Shown here: positions 58,920 through 64,000 of the stretch, one piece after another
Position numbering within the stretch: position 1 is the first letter of the stretch
How the letters are laid out: the number at the start of each line of letters is the position of its first letter
Assembly (NCBI RefSeq): GCF_040079335.1
Contig: NZ_JBEBKL010000005.1
Coordinates: 21,511-85,510 of the forward strand
Source of the DNA: Sphingorhabdus sp.
Lineage (GTDB): Bacteria; Pseudomonadota; Alphaproteobacteria; Sphingomonadales; Sphingomonadaceae
Length of the DNA stretch: 64,000 bases
Direction: 5' to 3'
Program-made: the position numbers and the translations under genes
Notes under the pieces: generated by a model
What the model was told of the DNA's origin: nothing
The model's database searches: none
What the model saw: only the letters and a program-made list of their open reading frames with translations

Positions 58920-59582
58920 ATGACCGATAGCGATCGCGACGAAGATTTGGGCCTTGACGATCCCGATCGTCTGCCCTGGCTCGAAACCGCCGACGGCTAT
59001 GAATATGAAGAAAGCGCATCGCCGCTGAAAGTCGCCGGGCTCGTTTTGGCCGGGTTGGCGCTTCTTGCGGCAATTGTTGGCGGCATCTACTGGCTTCAGC
59101 GCAACCAGTCGGGCGGCGCTTCGGGCAATGGTGAGCTGATTGCGGCGCAGGAAGGCGACTATAAAGTCGCCCCCGCTGACCGCGAAGGCAAGAAATTTGA
59201 GGGCGAAGGCGATTCTGCGTTCGCCGCGAGTGAGGGCAAGAAGGTCGAAGTCTCGATCGATCCTGCCAAGGCCAAGGCAGCCGCACAAGCGCCGCAACAA
59301 GCTCCGGGCGCAACACCGGTTAAGTCTGGTCCCGCTCCCGCAGGCTCCGGTTTCGTCCAGCTCGGCGCATTCAGCGACTCCGCCAAGGCCGATCAGGCCT
59401 GGGCTGCGATGGGCAAACGCTTTGGTTTCCTGTCAGGGCTGAACCGCCGCATCGCTGAAGGTGCTGCCGAAGGCGGACGCAAGGTTTATCGACTGCAGGC
59501 AGTCGCTGCCAATCCGGCGGCGGCCCAGCAATTATGCGCCAAGCTGAAAGCTGCGGGCGAGAATTGCATGGTGGTCAAATAA
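58920..59582 (+). CDS. SPOR-domain membrane protein
   Basis: RLPWLE, one TM, C-terminal VQLGAF...YRLQ...LC..LK...C. Confidence 0.88.
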   Translation: MTDSDRDEDLGLDDPDRLPWLETADGYEYEESASPLKVAGLVLAGLALLAAIVGGIYWLQRNQSGGASGNGELIAAQEGDYKVAPADREGKKFEGEGDSAFAASEGKKVEVSIDPAKAKAAAQAPQQAPGATPVKSGPAPAGSGFVQLGAFSDSAKADQAWAAMGKRFGFLSGLNRRIAEGAAEGGRKVYRLQAVAANPAAAQQLCAKLKAAGENCMVVK

Positions 59583-59628
59583 TCGCCGAAAGGCGGATTT
59601 GCCTTCATTGGGGGATGAAGGCATATTC

Positions 59629-59666
59629 GGCCGTGGAGCGGGGCATCGCTCCACGGCCCATTTTTT
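59629..59666 (+). terminator. Intrinsic terminator, third of several hairpins
   Basis: GGCCGTGGAGCG-GGGCAT-CGCTCCACGGCC followed by CATTTTTT. Confidence 0.75.
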
Positions 59667-59772
59667 GCCTGTTTTGCACAGGATTCACCTCTGAGGCTAG
59701 GCGACGCGCTTGTCAGTGAAGCCAAGCTGACCTAGCCTTTTCCGCGAGACCATTTCGGAGTTCGGTCCAGTC

Positions 59773-60837
59773 ATGAAACCAGTCATATTCGGGCTGTCCG
59801 GCGAAGAACTGACCAGCGATGAGCGCGCGCTGTTCGCTGAAGTAAATCCGGTGGGATACACTTTTTTCCGGCGCAATATCCGTGATCGAGAACAGGTGCG
59901 TGCGCTTACGGATTCATTGCGTTCGCTGCACGGCCGTGACGACGTACTGATTTTTGTCGATCAGGAAGGTGGACGGGTGATGCGGATGCAGCCGCCGGTG
60001 TGGCCAGATTTCCCGCCCGGCTCCGCCTTTGATGCGCTGTACGACATATCGGCCATGACCGCGATCGAGGCCGCACGGGTCAATGCCGAAGCGCTGGGAT
60101 TGGTGCTGAACGAGGTTGGCATCACGGTCAATTACTTGCCTGTCCTCGATGTGCGCGTGCCCAATACGACGCCCGCAATTGGTGACCGGGCGATGGGATC
60201 TGACCCGATGCGTGTTGCAGCCTTAGGTCGGGCCGTGCTCGATGGCTTGCACAAAGGCGGCGTGGCAGGCGTGATCAAGCATATGCCAGGGCATGGTCGC
60301 GCCGTGGTCGACAGCCATTTTGAGCTACCGCATGTCCATGCAACACGCGAAGAACTCGAACAGGATATCGCGCCGTTTCGCGCGCTCAATAGCGCGACGA
60401 TGGGGATGACGGCGCATCTGGTTTATGACGCTTGGGATAGCGAGCGATGTGCCACCATGTCGCCAACGGTGATTGAGGAGATCATCCGAGGCGAGATCGG
60501 CTTTGACGGCCTGCTGATGAGCGATGATCTTGAAATGAAGGCGCTGAAAGGCGACGTGCCAACGCATGCGGTGGATTGTATCGCTGCGGGATGCGATGTT
60601 GCGCTCAATTGCTGGGGTCGGTTTGATGAGATGGTGGCCATCGCAAACAGGTTGCCGGATATTTCCGAAGAAGCTCTGCGCAGAGTGAAGGCAGCGAAGT
60701 CGGCACTTCCTTCGGTTTCGTTCGACCAACATCGGCTCGATCATGTGCTTGCGAAGCGCGACGAATTGCTCGGGCTGGCTGCGCATCTCGCGGACTCAAA
60801 GGCGACCCATGCAGAAACGGGTGCATCATGGGCCTAG
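59773..60837 (+). CDS. nagZ: Beta-N-acetylhexosaminidase (GH3)
   Basis: DQEGGRV, KHMPGHG..DSH, SDDLEM. Confidence 0.92.
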   Translation: MKPVIFGLSGEELTSDERALFAEVNPVGYTFFRRNIRDREQVRALTDSLRSLHGRDDVLIFVDQEGGRVMRMQPPVWPDFPPGSAFDALYDISAMTAIEAARVNAEALGLVLNEVGITVNYLPVLDVRVPNTTPAIGDRAMGSDPMRVAALGRAVLDGLHKGGVAGVIKHMPGHGRAVVDSHFELPHVHATREELEQDIAPFRALNSATMGMTAHLVYDAWDSERCATMSPTVIEEIIRGEIGFDGLLMSDDLEMKALKGDVPTHAVDCIAAGCDVALNCWGRFDEMVAIANRLPDISEEALRRVKAAKSALPSVSFDQHRLDHVLAKRDELLGLAAHLADSKATHAETGASWA

Positions 60838-61625
60838 ACGACGACCTTGATTTCGATGCGGTCGAAACCGCACCGCTCGAGGTCGCCGACGACAGCGAAC
60901 GTCTGACCATCGACATCGATGGCTGGGAAGGGCCGCTCGATCTATTGCTCACGCTCGCGCGGACGCAAAAAGTCGATTTGCGGCAGATTTCGATCCTCCA
61001 GCTGGTCGAGCAATATCTGGGCTTTATCGAGAATGCCCGTGCCTTGAAGCTGGAACTTGCGGCTGACTATCTGGTGATGGCGGCCTGGCTGGCGTATCTC
61101 AAATCGGCGTTGCTCCTTCCGAAGGACCCCGAGATAGACCCGTCGCCTGAAGAACTGGCGTTGCGGCTCCAATTGCGGCTTGAACGGCTCAATGCGATGC
61201 GCGAAAGCGGGGCGCGTCTGATGGCGCGCGACCGGATCGGGCGCGATATTTTCCTGCGTGGTGCACCCGAAGGCTTGCGCGTGGTGCGCACCACCGCGTG
61301 GGACTGTGATTTCTTCGAACTACTGTCGGCTTACGGCCAGGTGCAAGCGCGCAACGCGCCTGTGATGCATGTGGTCAAACGCCGTGCTGTGATGACATTG
61401 GAAGAAGCGCTGGAGCGGGTTTCGGCGATGCTTGGCCATGCGCTCGATTGGACGCAACTGGAGGTATTTCTTCCACCAGATGCTAGTCCGGCGCTGCGGC
61501 GCTCGGCTTTGGCGTCCAGCTTCCTTGCCATGCTCGAATTGGCGAAGCAGGGTAGGGTGGAATTGCAGCAGGAAACAAGTTTTGCACCGTTGATGGTGAA
61601 ACGGAGCGCGGGGGCAGGGATATGA
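60828..61625 (+). CDS. scpA: Segregation and condensation protein A
   Basis: WEGPLDLLL, ADYLVMAAWL..KS..LLP, FLAMLELA. Confidence 0.94.
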   Translation: MGLDDDLDFDAVETAPLEVADDSERLTIDIDGWEGPLDLLLTLARTQKVDLRQISILQLVEQYLGFIENARALKLELAADYLVMAAWLAYLKSALLLPKDPEIDPSPEELALRLQLRLERLNAMRESGARLMARDRIGRDIFLRGAPEGLRVVRTTAWDCDFFELLSAYGQVQARNAPVMHVVKRRAVMTLEEALERVSAMLGHALDWTQLEVFLPPDASPALRRSALASSFLAMLELAKQGRVELQQETSFAPLMVKRSAGAGI

Positions 61626-62254
61626 TGATTGAGCATGATCCGGCGGTGCGAGCAGTCGAAGCCACGCTTTTTGCATCCGATGCCCCGATGTCGGTTGAAC
61701 AGATCCGCGCCTATGTGGGCGAAGAAGTGGACGTGGCCGATGCGCTGACGAAACTGGAGGAGCATTATCAGGGGCGTGGCATAGAGCTCGTCAAGCGCGG
61801 TAAGACCTGGCACTTCCAGACTGCGGCTGATCTCGCACATCTGCTGCGCCGCGAGCGTGAGGAAAGCCGAAAGTTGAGCAGGGCTGCAGTCGAGACGCTG
61901 GCGATTATCGCCTATCACGAACCTGTAAGCCGCGCCGAGATTGAGGCGATCCGCGGCGTGCAGATTTCAAAGGGAACGCTCGACGTGTTAATGGAGGCAG
62001 GATGGGTGCGCCCTGCCGGTCGGCGCGAGGTACCGGGGCGGCCTTTGATTTACGCGACGACCGGAGAGTTTTTGACGCATTTCGGGCTTGCTACGCGTCG
62101 CGATTTGCCCGGGCTTGCCGATCTGAAAGCGGCAGGCTTGCTCGATCCAGTCGATCTTGCGCTGGAGGGATTGCAGGGGCTTTCGGCGATCGAAAGCGGC
62201 GATCTGCCCGAAGGAGGCGACGTCGAACTGGAAATTGGTGACGAAAGCGCCTAA
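61622..62254 (+). CDS. scpB: Segregation and condensation protein B
   Basis: [36 protein letters not shown]. Confidence 0.94.
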   Translation: MMIEHDPAVRAVEATLFASDAPMSVEQIRAYVGEEVDVADALTKLEEHYQGRGIELVKRGKTWHFQTAADLAHLLRREREESRKLSRAAVETLAIIAYHEPVSRAEIEAIRGVQISKGTLDVLMEAGWVRPAGRREVPGRPLIYATTGEFLTHFGLATRRDLPGLADLKAAGLLDPVDLALEGLQGLSAIESGDLPEGGDVELEIGDESA

Positions 62255-62322
62255 ATCCTTTCAGCAACATAGCTGCTATCGGCGCAGCGATTGGGGGAAA
62301 CCCCGCACGAGGAGTTTGGAAA

Positions 62323-62544
62323 ATGGGTAGTTTCAGCATCTGGCATTGGCTGGTCGTCGGCATCATCATCCTGCTGCTGTTCGGCAAGGGCCGCTTTTCG
62401 GACATGATGGGCGATGTCGCCAAGGGCATCAAAAGTTTCAAAAAAGGCATGGCCGAAGACGATGATGCCAAGCCTGCGCCGCGTATCGACGCTGCGCAGG
62501 GGGATACGGTCGACGCCGAGAAACAGGCCGACAAGACCATCTGA
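62323..62544 (+). CDS. tatA: Twin-arginine translocase TatA
   Basis: [20 protein letters not shown]. Confidence 0.94.
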   Translation: MGSFSIWHWLVVGIIILLLFGKGRFSDMMGDVAKGIKSFKKGMAEDDDAKPAPRIDAAQGDTVDAEKQADKTI

Positions 62545-62569
62545 CCCCCTGATTTCGGGCTGAACCCGC

Positions 62570-62893
62570 ATGTTTGATATCGCATCTGGCGAATTGCTTT
62601 TGGTCGCTCTGGTCGCACTGCTGGTGATCGGACCAAAGGATTTGCCACGTGTGCTGCGCTATGTCGGGCAATGGGTCGGCAAGGCGCGGCGGATGGCATC
62701 GCATTTCCGCAGCGGCATCGACGAAATGGTGCGCCAGTCAGAACTCGATGATTTGGAAAAGAAATGGGCGGCCGAAAATGAGCGCATCATGCGCGAGCAT
62801 CCGCCGGTCAGAGAATATGATTCGCTGCCTCCTCCCGACGTTGAAGCGAAACCTGCCGAGCCTGCGGCACCCAAGGCCGAGGCGCAGCAGTGA
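62570..62893 (+). CDS. tatB: Twin-arginine translocase TatB
   Basis: MFDI..ELL...VIGPKDLP. Confidence 0.94.
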   Translation: MFDIASGELLLVALVALLVIGPKDLPRVLRYVGQWVGKARRMASHFRSGIDEMVRQSELDDLEKKWAAENERIMREHPPVREYDSLPPPDVEAKPAEPAAPKAEAQQ

Positions 62894-63666
62894 AGGATAT
62901 CGACGAAAGCAAGATGCCGCTGCTCGATCATTTGATCGAACTACGCAACCGCTTGCTGTGGTGCGTGCTGGCCCTCGCGATTTCGTTCGGCGTCTGCTTT
63001 TACTTCGCTGAACCGATTTACGGTTGGCTGGTGCAGCCGCTCAAAAATGTCGGGCAGGACAAGCTGGTCTATATCGACATTTTTGAAGCCTTTTTCGTGC
63101 AGGTGAAGGTTGGCCTGTTCGCGGCGATGATGGTCAGCTTTCCGGTATTGGCGACGCAGATCTGGCGCTTTGTTGCACCCGGGCTCTACAAAAACGAGAA
63201 GAAGGCATTCCTGCCGTTTTTGATGATGACGCCGATCTTGTTCGGTCTCGGTGCGAGCTTGGCCTATTTTGGCGCGATGCCGGTTGCGCTCAAATTCCTC
63301 CTCGGATTTGAAGGCGAGGTCGGCGGCATTACACAGGAAGCGCTGCCTGGCGTGGGCAACTATCTCAGCTTTGCCACCACCTTTATTTTCGGCTTTGGCG
63401 TGGCTTTTCAGTTGCCGGTTTTGCTGATGCTGCTTGAGCGCGCAGGGATCGTAACGCGCGACCAGCTAAAAGCTGGTCGGCGCTATGCCATTGTTGGCGC
63501 GTTTGCCGTTGCAGCTGTGTTGACACCGCCTGACGTTGTTTCACAGTTGCTCTTGGCAGTGCCGCTCTGCCTGCTCTACGAACTGGCGCTTGTCGCAATT
63601 TGGTTCACCCAGCGCCGCCGAGAAAAATCGGAAGCTGAGGTAGAACAGGGAGTTGAGGCGGCTTAG
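62890..63666 (+). CDS. tatC: Twin-arginine translocase TatC
   Basis: MPLLDHLIELR, FVAPGLY..E, FQLP, LTPPD, LYE. Confidence 0.95.
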   Translation: MKDIDESKMPLLDHLIELRNRLLWCVLALAISFGVCFYFAEPIYGWLVQPLKNVGQDKLVYIDIFEAFFVQVKVGLFAAMMVSFPVLATQIWRFVAPGLYKNEKKAFLPFLMMTPILFGLGASLAYFGAMPVALKFLLGFEGEVGGITQEALPGVGNYLSFATTFIFGFGVAFQLPVLLMLLERAGIVTRDQLKAGRRYAIVGAFAVAAVLTPPDVVSQLLLAVPLCLLYELALVAIWFTQRRREKSEAEVEQGVEAA

Positions 63667-63672
63667 AGCCGC

Positions 63673-63795
63673 TTAGATTGCGCGATCGCCCGCTTCGCCG
63701 ACCGACTCGATATCCTCGCCGAGGCCTTTTACCGTGTTGCAGGCTGACAAAAGCAATGTTGCTGCAATCAACGATGTTGCGATCAGTTTGCGCAT
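63673..63795 (-). CDS. Entericidin EcnA/B-family small lipoprotein (40 aa), not in ORF track
   Basis: MRKLIATSLIAATLLLSACNTVKGLGEDIESVGEAGDRAI; LSAC lipobox and CNT..G.G.D motif; GAGG RBS. Confidence 0.88.
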   Translation of the reverse strand: MRKLIATSLIAATLLLSACNTVKGLGEDIESVGEAGDRAI

Positions 63796-63869
63796 AAATA
63801 TTTCCTCAAAAGTGGCGTTCAGCCGACATTGGAAAGTCTAAGCTGAACGTCCGATGAGTCAAACCGCAA

Positions 63870-64000
63870 TCAGAAGCTGAATCGTGCCGTTAGACGGAAG
63901 TCCCGCCCACCCAAAGGCACATAATCCTTTGTGAAGGACGCGGCACGTCGAGCCGTGACGTCGAACAGATTGTTAGCCGACGCAATCAGCGCGATGTTGC
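63870..64000 (-). CDS. C-terminal fragment of a TonB-dependent receptor running off the window edge
   Basis: ...NIALIASANNLFDVTARRAASFTKDYVPLGGRDFRLTARFSF*; NLFD..GR..terminal Phe signature. Confidence 0.75.
   Translation of the reverse strand, partial: NIALIASANNLFDVTARRAASFTKDYVPLGGRDFRLTARFSF

Overview
GC-rich alphaproteobacterial chromosome segment. Gene content and order (gcrA, cpa/tad cluster, ispH-thrB-rnhA, argS-SPOR-nagZ-scpAB-tatABC, apaG-LysR) suggest Sphingomonadales; this is inferred, not searched. Most of the window is core housekeeping: aroG, ilvE, hisE, dinB, recO, leuB, metZ, parE, gcrA, Tad pilus, ispH, argS, scpAB and tat, plus tRNA-Gln(TTG) and tRNA-Val(CAC). No integrase, transposase, prophage or CRISPR array was seen. 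The most interesting accessory elements are: (1) a tyrosine-catabolic cluster with no hmgA in the window, where a VOC/glyoxalase-fold gene coupled to hppD sits in the position expected for homogentisate dioxygenase and a TonB receptor is embedded; (2) an ABC exporter whose permease is fused to an M1 zinc peptidase, preceded by 21-bp-period direct repeats; (3) an OmpR / LysM-FecR / CHASE2-kinase three-gene signalling module; (4) an ECF sigma / anti-sigma / class A beta-lactamase-like operon with an ECF-type promoter; (5) a 14-bp tandem repeat running into the RBS of a TetR gene; (6) a stand-alone ComEC-like MBL hydrolase. Three small ORFs and a TonB receptor C-terminus missing from the ORF track were translated by hand. 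All product calls come from motif recognition, not database searches.
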